Shown here: piece by piece, positions 14,501 through 28,399 of the stretch | Position numbering within the stretch: position 1 is the first letter of the stretch | Layout: the number at the start of each line of letters is the position of its first letter | DNA from: Raillietiella orientalis | Lineage: Eukaryota | Direction of reading: 5' to 3' | Length of the DNA: 64,000 nucleotides | Assembly: GCA_036172245.1 (NCBI GenBank) | Contig: JAYWIR010000008.1 | Span: 620,001-684,000, forward strand | The notes under the pieces: model-generated | Told to the model about the DNA's origin: nothing | Databases searched by the model: none | What the model saw: the letters and a program-made list of their open reading frames with translations, nothing else | Translations under genes and position numbers: made by a program

Positions 14501-17500
14501 TCAAGTCCAACTGGAAGTTTTGCCTAACAAAAATTTTCATTAAAACAGAGTTCTTGGTGATCACGGTTTTTTTATTTTTTTAAAAAATCGTATCTTAAGG
14601 AGCTGTAGAAAACTGATTCCAACAGCAATTTTTATAATTCACCGAGAAATATATTCGTATAGAAGACAGAATTCAATTCCCACTTAGAAAACAGCATTTT
14701 ACATGAAGCCTACAGAAACACAACAAATGCTTCACCAAAAGAAAGATGTATTTAAAAACCTCACCTGATTCGAAATGCCATATTCAATAAAGGAATTTAT
14801 GCTTTCAGAAACCGTTGACTCACTTGAATCAGAAGAAACTGAAGTATGCATCACATTTGCACCCAAAGACTCAGATTTTTCTGGGCTTGGAACATGTTTC
14901 ATCTGAGATTCTGATGATTCGTTCAGAGATGATCCAACTCTGAAAATAGACAGAAGTATATCACCAACTCTGTAATCTGGAAACACGTTGAAACTCATTA
15001 TGCTCCATGCTGTTTGAATAAAAATGGGTACACATAATCAAAAAAACACAAATATGACTCAAACAGCTAACTCAACATATGTTTGGAGAAAAGAATGAGC
15101 TTAATTTGATAGAAAAAAAATTATACTGTAATAAACACTAAGTATGAGATTTTGAAAATGCCATACTTGGGTATGTTAGTGTTTGTGAAAAAACCATGCA
15201 AGTTGAAAAATCCAAAAAGTACCCATCAACCACAATAAAAGTACTTCCTAAAAATTCTGTTACAAGAAAAGAACTCGGAGCACTAAAACGAATTCTTAAT
15301 ATTCCATTTTCAAAACACACCAAGAATGTAAGCTTACCTTTTTGCCGCACTTAATAAGGATATATGGCAATTCCAACCACTTTCTAAACCCATTTTCTCC
15401 GAGAACACTCGACTGCGCAATTCATTTTCTTTGCTGAAATGAACAAATCGTACGCAAGCTTTCTCTAGCTGCTCAATAAGAAGAATGATGTCCTTCATTG
15501 CTTGATACTGTGTAGTAATCATACCAAGGAATATCTGATTGCTTTGAATATTTAAAATGAGTGATGCATCATCGGAATCTTCATTAACACCTAAAAAAAC
15601 ACAAGTGACACAGTGACTACACGAATGACTTTTCAATAAGTCTAATTTCCTATATATATCCTTGTTCCATTAACAGCATAAACAAAGTTGGTCACAGTAA
15701 TCACTCAATCAGCATTCAATTCAAAGTTCTCGTGAAATAATCTCGGATCCAATAGCTTAAAAATACAACACTAACCCACAGACAAAAGCACAAAGTGGAT
15801 GTAATGGGCGAATTATGGCTAAATTAGAATCAACATTGTTTTACTCCATAGGGATAATCTCATGCTTACTATTTATTGGTAACAGACATTAAACAAATCA
15901 TAAGTAGTTGAAACTAACCAATTACACTTGCACAAATTAACCAATCACTTGAACTTGTTCAATGAGAGGAATGCCAGGAGTGAATTCAATATTGAATTTT
16001 GGGACTTTTTCATAATGTAAAACATCCCCTCATGGTTCTGCTACAGTAAAAATCAAACAGAAAACGATAAATGTCCACTTAGGTACAAAGAATCCGAGAT
16101 TTTGTGAGCAAACCAACAATACAGTTTTCAAATAGGTGTAATCTTGAAATTTTACATTTAAATTGCTTTAATTCAACAAATGTCCAAGATATTTTTGAAT
16201 CATGAAATACCATAATTGGGATTTTTACAAACTGATTTCATAAATATTTAATCTTCATCAACAAAACAATGTACCAGGAAATTAACACCACTTTTTTTTT
16301 TGTGGAAATCAAAAGTTCATCAAAAGCTGGGTACAGATTATTGTTGAAGAAAACGAAATTAAAAGTTTTTCATGTATTTTATCACATCAAGAATGAAAGG
16401 ATAACCATATAATCAAATAATTATCATCTTAATTTCCCTAATGATTTGTTTCTCAAGCTAACTATGAACTTGTATGGCTAAACACACACATGTATTACTT
16501 ACAAAGACCCATCTGTGCACTCTAACATTTCTTATCACTATAGCCACCAAAGCATACAAATATTTTTTAAACAAGCAACAAAAATTAATTCGTTTTATTT
16601 TCGACCATTACTTAATTGGTCTTTTATCTTCCTCAACCATAGCACAGCACAATTACGTACTTTTATTGTCCTTTTTAGAAACATTACATGACCTATCTTT
16701 ATCAAAAGTTTGTAATTTATATAATTGCATATTACTATTAATGGGTATAATTGCAAAACCTTTTATAAATTGGTTCGCCTCATTGTGTAGCAATGGATAA
16801 TAAAATTTGCTAAATTTGCTAAATTAAGATTTAAATAAAGATTTGCTGAATTTTCTTTTGCAAACTTTACATATAAGTATGTCATCAACCTAGAAGACAA
16901 AAACTTCACATACCTACATTCAGGAACTGTGAACACTTCTGTTTATCTGGAAGTTGCAAAAATAAATTAGGTGCTTCAAAATGAAATTCTGAAGACACTG
17001 GAGAATATGCAAATGCTGTGCAATATGATGTCACAGAAGTCCGGTGGTAAAAATCCAGAATTTTTTTTCTGAAATAAAAGGTGATGAAAAAAGGCACAAA
17101 GCTGGAATACGGTTCTAAGAATGGGTCTAACCTTTCTTCTTCTCCTAGAGGTTGAATTGTTTCTCCATCCCAAAAGTCTGAACACAGATCCACAATGATA
17201 TCACCAGTCCCTTGAGAAAACAGATGCAGTGAATCACAGCATAAATCCTTTATTAACACGGAAGTCATATGAGGGAATGGTAATTTTAATTTTACAGAAC
17301 TCAGTCCTTTTGGAAACTTATCCGTGTTGATGGAATCGGAAGTCTGTAGTTTTCGTCTTTACATGTAGGGTAAGGAATTTAAAAATACTCACAGCATGCT
17401 TGTACACAAAAAAGTTATCAATAAATTCATACAAACGTACTGCATCTGAAGAGAATCCTATTTGTTGTGACAGTTCACAAAGACATCTAAAAATATGTTC

Positions 17501-20500
17501 AATTGTGACTTTAAATACATTGAAATTGTATCAATAGAAGCATACATATGAATGGATCAACAGATGTATTTCATACATTTTCATTTATTAACCATTTTGT
17601 TGTAAAATATTTAGTCACTTTAAAAATACCCAATTTATGTCTGAATGATTTGATGAAAAAATATGCTTTATACGTTTATTTCACAATCATGAAAAATGCG
17701 ATAATTTAAATAATTATCAAGTATTGAAACAGAGCAAAAAGAAAGTCTCCCTAAGAATTAAAATTGATACAAAACCCGAAAACTAACTGGAATTTCCCAA
17801 TAATGCACTGATATAGATGTTATGTGTTTGACATTTAGAATGCATAGCTTTTATTTCAAACATAAGTGCACTTCTAATAATGCACGCAATTACACTGAAT
17901 TACAACCCAATAATACAAATAAAAACAAAATATCTAAATAATATCTTGATGGCAGTATTTAAATATTTTGTTTTTATAGGAAACGATAATAATAATACTA
18001 TCTTTCCACTCATTAGTAAACAAGCATGCTGTAAGATTTTCAAGTTGCAACCAAGTAGTTCATAAGTCTTAACTATGAACTACTTGGTAATAAGAATAAT
18101 TCATAAGATAAGAATATGAAATACGAAACTAAATCCATGATCGCATCTGCATAAAAAAATTGCATACAAGCAAAAACCAAAAATTCGTTTGAATGCATTA
18201 TCAACTGCTAAAAACAGGAAAATTGTTGAACAGAGAAAATAATGGCATGACAGCAGTGCAGAAAGAGGACACTTGGCAATCTCTGATAAAAAAGCACCCA
18301 GATCAGAGAAGGCTGTGAAGTCTGCACCAGATGTCAAACTACTTTCTCACAACCAAGAAATTCCTAATGATATATTCAGACTACAAGTTCATCTACATAG
18401 CTCGACTGAATCTTCTTCCCATCAGAGGAATAGCCAGGAGGAGGTTGGATCGCACATGCTAGCGCTGTAAAGTGTGGGATGAGACATTGTTGCCTCAGAT
18501 TACAAATCACTACCAGAGGCACTTTCATATGTTCATTGTGCAACATGATGTGATCCTGGAAAGGTGAAGAAAGCTGCAGTAGATGTGAGAAATGAACTCT
18601 GGTTTCAAGTTAGAAGGCTCCAGGGATAGACTCTCCCCATGACCCAACTTGGTACTGCAGAAGGCAATTGGATGGCAGTCCTGTCTGCTGCCCCTTCGAG
18701 GATGGAGAGGAGGCATTAAGCTCGGTCGGAAAAAGCAAGTTTGAATATCAAGAAGTGGCCCGCCACTTAACCAAGAATGGAAACACTGCAAAGTACATGC
18801 CTTCATCATCAGTCCACTCAGAACCTGAGATCCAGGAAACAATGCAGTGTTGCATGACCTCAGAGTCCCTAGCAAGTACTTGGAGAAGATGAGGCACCTT
18901 ATGATGGCCTGGTTCCAATACACTACTGGACCCACGTGATAGGAAGAATCCCGGAAAAGACTGAAGTCACTTCGCAACCCGAAAAAAACAACGAACGGCT
19001 CTCACAAGAGATAGCCAGAGAACAACGTGCTGACAACATACTGGAGTAGGAACAGAGAGCTCCTCAGACGGAAGGAAAAGGAGATTCTGAAGAATAAAAA
19101 GAGCCCCTCATGTAATCCTTTTTCATTGTATCCCCAAACTAAAATAAAAAATAGTGAAAGCAACTGTTCACAGTACCTACCTAATGAATCTAGCTAAATG
19201 AATAGTTTTACTGAGGAAAGTTTGTTACGTGCATGCATGTGAACATTAGAATAAAATGTAATACATGACAACACAAAGTCCAAGAACAAAAGCACTACTA
19301 TGGGCACTGAAAATGCTTTCATGTTGTTTATGAGAACACTTTTTTTCAAGAATCACATAAAGCAATTGGATTTTGTTGCTTACATACATTTATGCACATA
19401 CAGGAGCATGACAAATTTTATACCTGCGTTGGTTTACAATCAGAGTATCTTGGTTTGATGGTACATCTGATGCAAGATGAGTATAAAACCGAGCATATGA
19501 TTTGAATACAGAAGAATTACATGTATTCAACAATATGTTCAATCCTAATGGTTTAAGAGATGATAAATGCTTATCCCAGGTTTGATCATCAAATTGCAAG
19601 GATGGGTTTTTTGCTTTGTGAGTTAAGTCTAAAACTTCCACTTTGGTGCAGAATTCTTTCACTAAAATACAGAATATTGAAGAAAAAAAAAAAACACAAG
19701 GTACAAACCTCCAGTTCTGGTATGTTCCCCAAGAACAGGAGTACTTTTGCTGTAAAAGAAATCTGATTGATAAATAACATTAACTGTCCTTACATTTGTT
19801 CTTTTTTTTTTTCTAAAAAAAATACTTTCTCAGGAGATGGGTTAGGCCATGAAAGCAAACCTTTTTTATCAATATAGCACAAAACCTAAAAAATATTGCT
19901 TCTAGCATTTAAATAAGCTTCACATACTGTAACAGATCCTAAGATGTGCAAAACATTGGAAGTCCGAAACATATACTCCTTTTCTAAAATAAATGCTGTA
20001 AAAAATTTCCACACCAAGTCATGACGATTCTTTACTTTACTACAAATTATCCTACTGTCTTTTTGTTTCTCTGAATCCTAAAAAGTAAAAACACGAACTT
20101 TAATAAAAAGCAAATAGTTAAAGGAAACACTTACATTGAGCAAATGATGAAATGAACTCAAAATTTTTGCATTCCCTAAATGAATGAGAAATATCCAAAT
20201 AAAAGGAAGCAAAAAAGGAAGAAGGGGAATTACTGAGAACGCTGGTACAAATATCATCATTTCTAAAAGAGTTCCACTCCAATTTGGATAAAAATACAGC
20301 TTAATACTATTTGCTATTATATTTATAATCTGTTGCAAAGAAATGTTGATCAAATTTATGAAGAAAACACATTTAGGTTCTTGTAGACAATGAATAAAAA
20401 TTACCAAAATACTAGGAAGAAATATTTTTTGTAAGAAAATGTAAAAAATTTTGTATTTCTCTATATCATATATTGATGGTGTTGGTTCTAGAGCACTTTC

Positions 20501-23500
20501 GAGAATACACCTCAACTGGCTAACAAATGGAGTTTCTGTCATCACACACTTGAGAGGTTTCACTTCTTTCCTTAATGTTGGCTCAGAGCACAAAATTGGA
20601 TTGTGTGTACCCATGGAAAACACTTCATTCTGACTAAATACTCGAAATTCACCCTGAAAAACAAATTATGTGTTTTTCTCTTTTATGTATACCAAATCTA
20701 CAAATTCGATCATGATTTGCTTATCATGTTACGGTAACCTTAGTAAAATGATTATAAATAAACTTTCACAAAAGCAGCACCAAAATTGACAAAATGCCAT
20801 GTAAGTCAACAATGTCTTGGTATAATTAGCAGCTATTGCTATTATTTGTACATCAAAATGTCACAAATTTTGACATTTTAATAACACAAACATATATTTC
20901 TGCATACAGACCATATAGTTATGGAAATTTACACTGTACCTCTACTGAATGACAGTTTCCTGGTATTTCTTGTCCAGGTCTAAGAAGAATAACGTCATCA
21001 ACAACCAAAAGGAAAATTGGCAAATTCACTATTTCACCATCACGATAAGTCCATTGCAAAGAAATGCACGGTGATGCTGGATTATACAGAAAGGGAAAAT
21101 TCTTGGAATTCCATGGTGTAATTTTGCAGCTGTCTGTTACAACAGAAAAGAATTCTTTTTTCACATATTCTCTTTTTAATTGATAATTTGCAAATAAAAG
21201 AACTTAAAAAAGAGTTAGTTGTTTCACATTCATTCAAATTAAGTAGTGCTATTTTTCATTTGGCATTCCTATTTTTCACAAACTGTACTTGACCTGCAGA
21301 AATTGATTGATAACTTAAGAACATTACGTCATTATTTAATAAAGTGCTTATGAGATGCTTCATATTAGTTTTTTAATAATAGTAAACACAATCTGAACAA
21401 ATAATATGCATCAAAACACAGATGCTTTAAGTATTCTGGACATAAAAGAACTCCACTTGAAATCCTTAAACACAGCATTCCAGCTCAAGAAGTAAAGATT
21501 AATATCAAATGGATTGCCTTCAATATTATTAACATCTCATAGTTAAAAGCAATACAATCAAGGGTTAAAGTCGCGTTCATTCTGTATTTGTGGTTTTCTC
21601 AATTAAAGCATGATTAAAAAGAGAGAACTCGATAAACTGTTACTTAAGAAACTTTAATAAGGCAAACACGAAGAGTGAACATGTGCTATATACCAAATTT
21701 AGATTATGAAAAGAACATTTTAACTCTATACATAATTCGTTTTGTCTACTGTTCAAAAGTATTCAATATGCAGGTCCTTTCCTAGGAGCTGTGTTTTAAT
21801 GAATTTCTAAAATGAATGCAATACAGAAGAATTGCAAATACTTGTAAAAAATGATTCGTATTTGCTTGATGATTAAGTGCACAACATTTCCGATTTCACC
21901 CTCCACTCTCTCTCAAATTTCCTTTACTTATTGTCTTCTACATTTTTGCTAATCCCAAGTAATACAGGACTTTCCTCAGAATATGTTACATAGTTGCCAC
22001 AAATATTGTTGTAATATGTGACACAATGTACATTTTTTCATCAGTTTTCCGAACTTTAATCCATAATGAAAACTTTTTTAAAACCTCACATACACTGATA
22101 CAATACATTAAATCACTAAATTTTTCAATGTTCTATACTCATTTGATATTTACAACTGTTGCCTATTAAAATTTAGGACCATTTGCAATAAGTCGAACTT
22201 TGTGACAGATAATCAAGTTAATTTATGCATTTTCTGCATAATTTTATTTGTTTGGCCAATGGAATTTTATTCTCACATTGTCATTTGCAACATGATGTTC
22301 ATCATCTAAGCAAAATCACTATAAAAAAAAAAAAAACTGACCTACATAATCAAATGGAAATATATGAGAAAAATTGATAAAAAAAGAATACAAGAAGTCT
22401 TATTTAAAATAGCCGAAGGTTCACTTATTTGTCAACCTTATCCATCTGATACACTATTCCTACTTCGCTCCTAATCATACAAATTTAACAAGAAAAAATT
22501 AACACATATGCTATCTAAGATAAGAAATCAACGAAAACTTTCCTACATAAAAAGAAATTTGAAAACGTATATTACTATTATCCAAATTACTCTCCTCTTT
22601 GAAATCCTAAAACAAACACTTCAGTTATATTGCGAGCAAAACTGTAAAAAAAAGCATTTTTTATAGGATTTAAAAGAATTAGAAAAGTCATGAGCTGCAA
22701 GATCATGAAAACTCACTCAAACTAAAATTTAAACTTTCACAGTAAAAAAAATCTGTTCCTCAAATCTCCAGTGGATTATCAGGCATATCCCAGACAGTAA
22801 CAAACAACAATTAATCAAAGATCACAAGCACTAGGAGTTCCTTAAAATATCTGATACAAAAAGCAGAAACTATGCAATATCAGTGAGCATATGTTAATAA
22901 TAATACGATGCCTTGTGATCCACATCACAATCCCAACTACATTTTCATTTAATGAGGATGCATTACCACACAAAAAACTTAACAGTAAATTCTTTCACTC
23001 GGTAACAAAAAAATTCAACATGTTCATCTCCTTTTACAGTCCATTTACACAAAAAAAAAGGGGAATACACTGAACACTAATGAATTAATCAGGCAACAAA
23101 AAAAAGTAAGTGAAAACACAATACTTACTTACCAAAAAAATTTTTAAAAATAGAATAAAAAAATACTTACTTTCTATAACATGTAATGTGTATTTAATTT
23201 TTTTCAATATTTTTTTAGGTTTCAAAGAACTTTTCCAAATTGCTAAGAAAGTATTTGCGATTACCAATAATAACAAACATAGTGAACATATAACGGAACT
23301 CATAGGCCTGCAAGAAATGTTTCAATGACAATTGTGTTTATAATTTGTGCATTTTTATTAATAAAAAAATAACTCCAACATCTGAGAATTTGAAATACAA
23401 TTAAAGACAGGATGTTAAATACATGTTCCAAGTGAGCAATAATTAAAATGACCCTAAAATGCACAAATTAAAATATTTTAACTAAAATACGTGAATTACA

Positions 23501-25812
23501 TCTACATTAAAATGATATTTCAGAAATCTTTCAAAATCCATTACTATAGTATGTTAAGTTATATGATATGCTACCATATTTTAATAATTTCTCATTCTTA
23601 ATACTTTTTCTGGAAAGCAGCTTAATATATTGTAATTATTATGCAAATAGCAATAGCAAGTGTTACAATAAGGATGTGAATAATGAAAATTAAACTACAT
23701 AAAAACAATATCATAAAATATGCTTAATTTTTACAGAATCAGCTTTAAATGTTATTCAAAAGGAAAAATTTCTGTTAAAGCATTTAATTATAAAACAAAA
23801 AGTACATTTAAAAGATTTTAAGGAACAATCTCCTGGATGAAACACAAGTCTCCATGAGTAAAAAATATATGGATACATTAACTTTAAAGAATTTTTAGTT
23901 TTACCTGAAAACTGGAAGTACTTACAAGCAAACAAAACTCTACATTTTAGAATGTATTATTTGCTATCATTGGTTTTATTAGCAAAACAAAGGGAACAAC
24001 ATTTTGCGAGTGCCTATGCATGCAGCAATCTTGTTTTTAAATTTAACAAAATGATCAAATAATCTTGAGATTTTTCTAATGAAAAGCACTGAATTCCAAG
24101 TTGCTTCTACTGTCAGTATCACACAGAAAATGAGATAGGAACAATATCAAGAAAAAAATACATAATCACAGTCAGAAACCAAGAGGAAAAAAACTAATTT
24201 TTAATTTGTAAATTGACCAAAGGAAGAGGCAAACAATTGAGGAATGGCAATTCTGCAGCCACAATGAAGTCATGAATAACAGCATCCATAACAGAAATCA
24301 AAGCAGATATGTATTTTGTACCTTTTATGAACAAAAAACGTTACATGACCAATAATAAAACAATGATAATAAGTAGTGCAGAAAATTCAATTTCATGCCA
24401 CTGTATCAGTCTCTGTTATAGATGACACAAATCTTGGAAAAAATATTAAAGCACTGGCAAAAATGAAAGAAATGCTAAGTAGCAAAAAAACCTTGGTGAA
24501 AAAGAAGCTCTTAAAAAACAACTGAATATAATAAAGAATTTTATGCTTGCTTTTCAGATTCCTTAAACAGTTTAGGAATTGAGCACCATTCTAATCAAAA
24601 TTAACTGTTTTGATGACAAATCTTGATAAATTTTGCTTTAATCATGTGTCAGCTCACACCCTATTGAGCCTATATCTTATCCTATTAAATGTTTGACTGA
24701 GGTTTGAATTTGATATGCTATTTGGATGCTTATGTAAAAACAAAACTTGTTCATAAGCACAATAATGTCAACAAGTCAGTATTCTCTTGAAGCATGCAGC
24801 AAATTGAATTGCTTTAGTTGCATACCTTGAATGAGTACACAATTACTATTTGCATATTTAATCATTCATATTTATTTTACTGATTTATTATATAGTTAGT
24901 TGTAAAAACCTCAATTCTTAATAGAAACTATATTTTGCAGAAAATTAATAAATACTTAGATCAGTGCAACTAAAAAGGAAATTCAAAAGCATCTCATGCT
25001 ACATCTAAAGCATGGGACACTCCACTAAGATTTCTTCATCTATTATACCTGATACATTTGACTACAAAATACTCAATGCTACTAACAATTTCACTTTATG
25101 AAACTCTGAAATTCAATTTGAAAAATACCTCGACTGACTTTCAGAAAATGAATAAATAAATGATAGCAGACAAAGAATAATCATTATTACACATGATCCT
25201 CCACGAAATGACGAGTACATTTTCCTTCCACAGAAATGATCATACATCATTTTTAAATAGAATCTGGAAAACAATGAAAGGCATATTCATTAAATGTAAG
25301 CTGGAAAGAAAGAACTAGAAAACTTGACAAAAGAAAACACATAATGATGAGAATCCTTTCAGAACTCACAATCCTCATCAAATACTTGAACATTTTTACA
25401 TTCAAACACAAACAGTTCAATCTCCCAAATAATGTAAACAAAAATCTTATGTGTTTTAATTATGTGAAAGTAAAACCACGAAGTATTGCTACATTGCATG
25501 TACAATTTTATACAGGGCTTTATTTCAAAATAATGCTCTGTGTAAAATGTAAATAAGCAAACAAAGACTTTCATGAACAATATAAATGTTCTAGTCATTC
25601 AATCTTCTTATCTTGTAAGATTGAGTGCATCAACATTCCTCAACATATTATTCTCCATTAACATGCTATTATTTCCTTTATTACTTTATTCAGGAAAATG
25701 AATTAAATTCGTTTTTGTACCTCTTCGTAAGGCGAGACTCGAAATTTTCTACTTCCATGGCAATTTCACGGCACAAATTTTGGAGGGCATGTTTGGAAGT
25801 TAATCCCTCCAT
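11559..25812 (-). CDS. TMEM94: Transmembrane protein 94 (KIAA0195/ERMA), P-type ATPase-like, about 20 exons
   Basis: Spliced exons include 25721-25812 (MEGLTSKHAL), 25129-25263, 23171-23307, 20940-21133 (SPCISLQWTYRDGEIVNLP), about 19795-19885 (VLCYIDKKGLLSWPNPSPE), about 19423-19660 (SLKPLGLNILLN), about 15339-15590 (ACVRFVHFSKENELRSRVFSEKMGLESGWNCHISL), 13372-13465, 13165-13326 and last exon 11559-11631 (RYQKRVRLDYDTKLGMNSPF*). All match TMEM94 family motifs. The start codon could lie in a further upstream exon. Confidence 0.95.
18270..19151 (+). mobile_element. 5'-truncated, degenerate NeSL/Utopia-like (RLE-type) non-LTR retrotransposon in a TMEM94 intron
   Basis: Remnant reading KHPDQ...SNYFL...DYKFIYIARLNLLPIRG...RTC*RCKVWDETL (CCHC knuckle), then PNLVL...CPFEDGEEAL...KFEYQEVARHL...AFIISPLRT*DPGNNAVL..LRVPSKYLEKMRHLM (restriction-like endonuclease). 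Short 3' UTR ending AAAATAAAAAA at about 19150. Confidence 0.8.
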
Positions 25813-28399
25813 GGGAGATGACAAAGCTTTCCAGTTATTGGACTTCTCGAAAAGAATGCCAATGCTGTACACAAACTGATTTTCATGACGGTATTGGGAG
25901 GTAAATGCCCTGGCACTACAAGTTAGGCATCATTATGTATGAAGTCCTAAAATATGCATTAGTATGTAACAAAAAGATCCACGATCTTCAAACTTCTTCC
26001 AAAAACAGCTATTGCATTATTCGCTAATAAATGAAAATTGTAAGTTCCCTATTTTGCCGATAGCCCAGCAACTTTCAAAACATGTGAATACATCCTATTC
26101 TGTTTTAAAAATCACTCATATTTATAAAGAAAAAAGAATCAACTTGTTCACAGAACTTGCTGGGCTGTCCTTTATTAGGAATAATGCAGAAAATCGAATT
26201 TCTGTACATGAATTGCCCACAGATCGCACACACACAGCCCGAAATTTTGCTTGGCGGCTGAATAAAAATTTCCGAAATACTAGAGCAAACAAAGAACGAG
26301 AAGCATGTACAAACATTCGAAATGCATCGGTGATTAGCACTACATACAAAGAATTGTGTAGCAAAGCAAACGAGCTTCTTGACTTTTCTTATGGAGACAC
26401 CACAACTCGGTCCATAAACCAACTGCTCAGCAAACTTTCTTTCGCAAGATGCACCATCACCTGAGTGTTATCAATCTTAAAACATCTTATGGATTATTTT
26501 AGATGATTTTGGATGGATTCTCTAAATTTCAATAATTCTCTCAATCTTTTCTTTTCCGCATGCTAACTAGATTCTTATATCTCACTGTCCTAGAATTCCT
26601 GGGGTAGTAGGCAAGTTAATAGAGAATATTGAAATCTTTATTTAAAAAAATTATTACAGCCTGAAAACAATTATACATCAGTGCATAAATCTTTGAATTT
26701 GGTTTTGTTTTCACAGTCACAGGCCTTGTTTTAATAACTGCTTGCAAATTCGACTATTCCTTCTTCACTCAGTAGAAAATATACGGCAGCAGTTTTCAAG
26801 GGGAAAAAAATCCTTGAATTCATACTTTTAACAATGTAAATAAGGATAAATCAAATTTAATTCCCATATCAAAACTATATAGAATCTTGAATATTTTTTC
26901 AGATTATGTTAAGTTCATTTGAAACTTCAAGCAGCGCTCTAGCAAATCCCCCAATGCATTCTTCATGTGTTGGCAACACATTCCCTGAAGAGTTAAGAAA
27001 AAGGTAGTCAAATCAATCATGTAATGTGAGCTTTGTTTCTCACTCAATTTCATAAATATTGTGAAAGATCTGTTGGTTTACTCAGAGGAATCTCATCTGA
27101 AATAAGAAATTTGAAATACTGTTGTCCATGATGGCCTTTTTCATGCGATCTAGGCATACTATGAATTCTTCTCCCTCCGTTTTGTTGGAGCACTTTGTTG
27201 ATACTTTATCAAAGTTGATAGACTTTCATTTTTTGGAATGATTTGCACCAGATGGCATAATCTTTGACTAAGGAATATGGGAAATCTTCGTGACCTATTC
27301 CATACAAACTCTCACTATAACTTACATTAAATTAAATTTAAATTTTCAGTTCAATTATAGACGATTGCAAGAGAATAGAGTCCCATTTTGATAGGCAAAT
27401 CTATAGCTAGTAATGAATTCATAACAATTATTTCATTGGTTAAATTATGCTGTGCGAACTTTACAAATATGAGTTTTTCTCGATTGCTTCTTTGATTTTT
27501 CAAGTAATTGCTGTCCACTTTGCGTAGCAATTGTTCTAGAGATCCTTTGAATAAGCGGCTTCGGTTCTTTACTTTTCAAGAATTCTTTTATCTCCTTTCT
27601 TCGATGACAAAGTCTTTCTAAATGGATTATAAGAGTGATCTTTTGCAAACTTAGGGTTCCTTTTCATTTGGACCATCAGCTTCGAGACAGTAAAGTTAAT
27701 TCTTTGTAAATTCTCCTTTGGAGAAACGTGTAGAGTTCATCTTTCGTTTCTGATATTGATCGTTTTTCTGGTTATGATTTTCGCATTTGTTCTATATTCT
27801 GCTCTGTTTTACCAAAGGGTCTCTCTTGTGTTTCATAATATTAGTGATAACTTTGAAAACTAAGAACAAGCTTCAGCAATGAAGATCTAAAATTTAATTT
27901 TGTTGGTGTATGTATAAAAAGCCGATGTAAACGACCGTGTAGGATTTTAAAAGTGAACTTAGGGCTTCAGACAAATGATTCACAATAAGCTTCTTCATAC
28001 TCTCAATGCTTGGCTGCCTCACGGTATTTTCTGAGGTTTGCAAAATAAGGGTATGCTATTAGTTTTTTGAAGGATATTCCATGTCCATATTCGATGTCGA
28101 CGATTTTACAGTTTTTAGTTTTCTGCACTCACCCTTGAAAACATGAAATTCCTTGGGGAAAATCATGCGCCAAGTAGCAGACAAAATTTTTTAAGGCTCT
28201 ATCTGAACTCAAATATGCATGGCAGTTTACAACAGTGTTGAAATCAGTATAAGAGTGGTTTATGTGCAAAATCCTATGAATGGAAAACAAAAGACACTTT
28301 GTATAAAAATATTTTGTGCATTGCAATCAATAACATTTTTCAGTACATTTTAGTTTTTTTAACTTCCACTTTTCTGGATTTAGCTCAATGAAATAAAAT

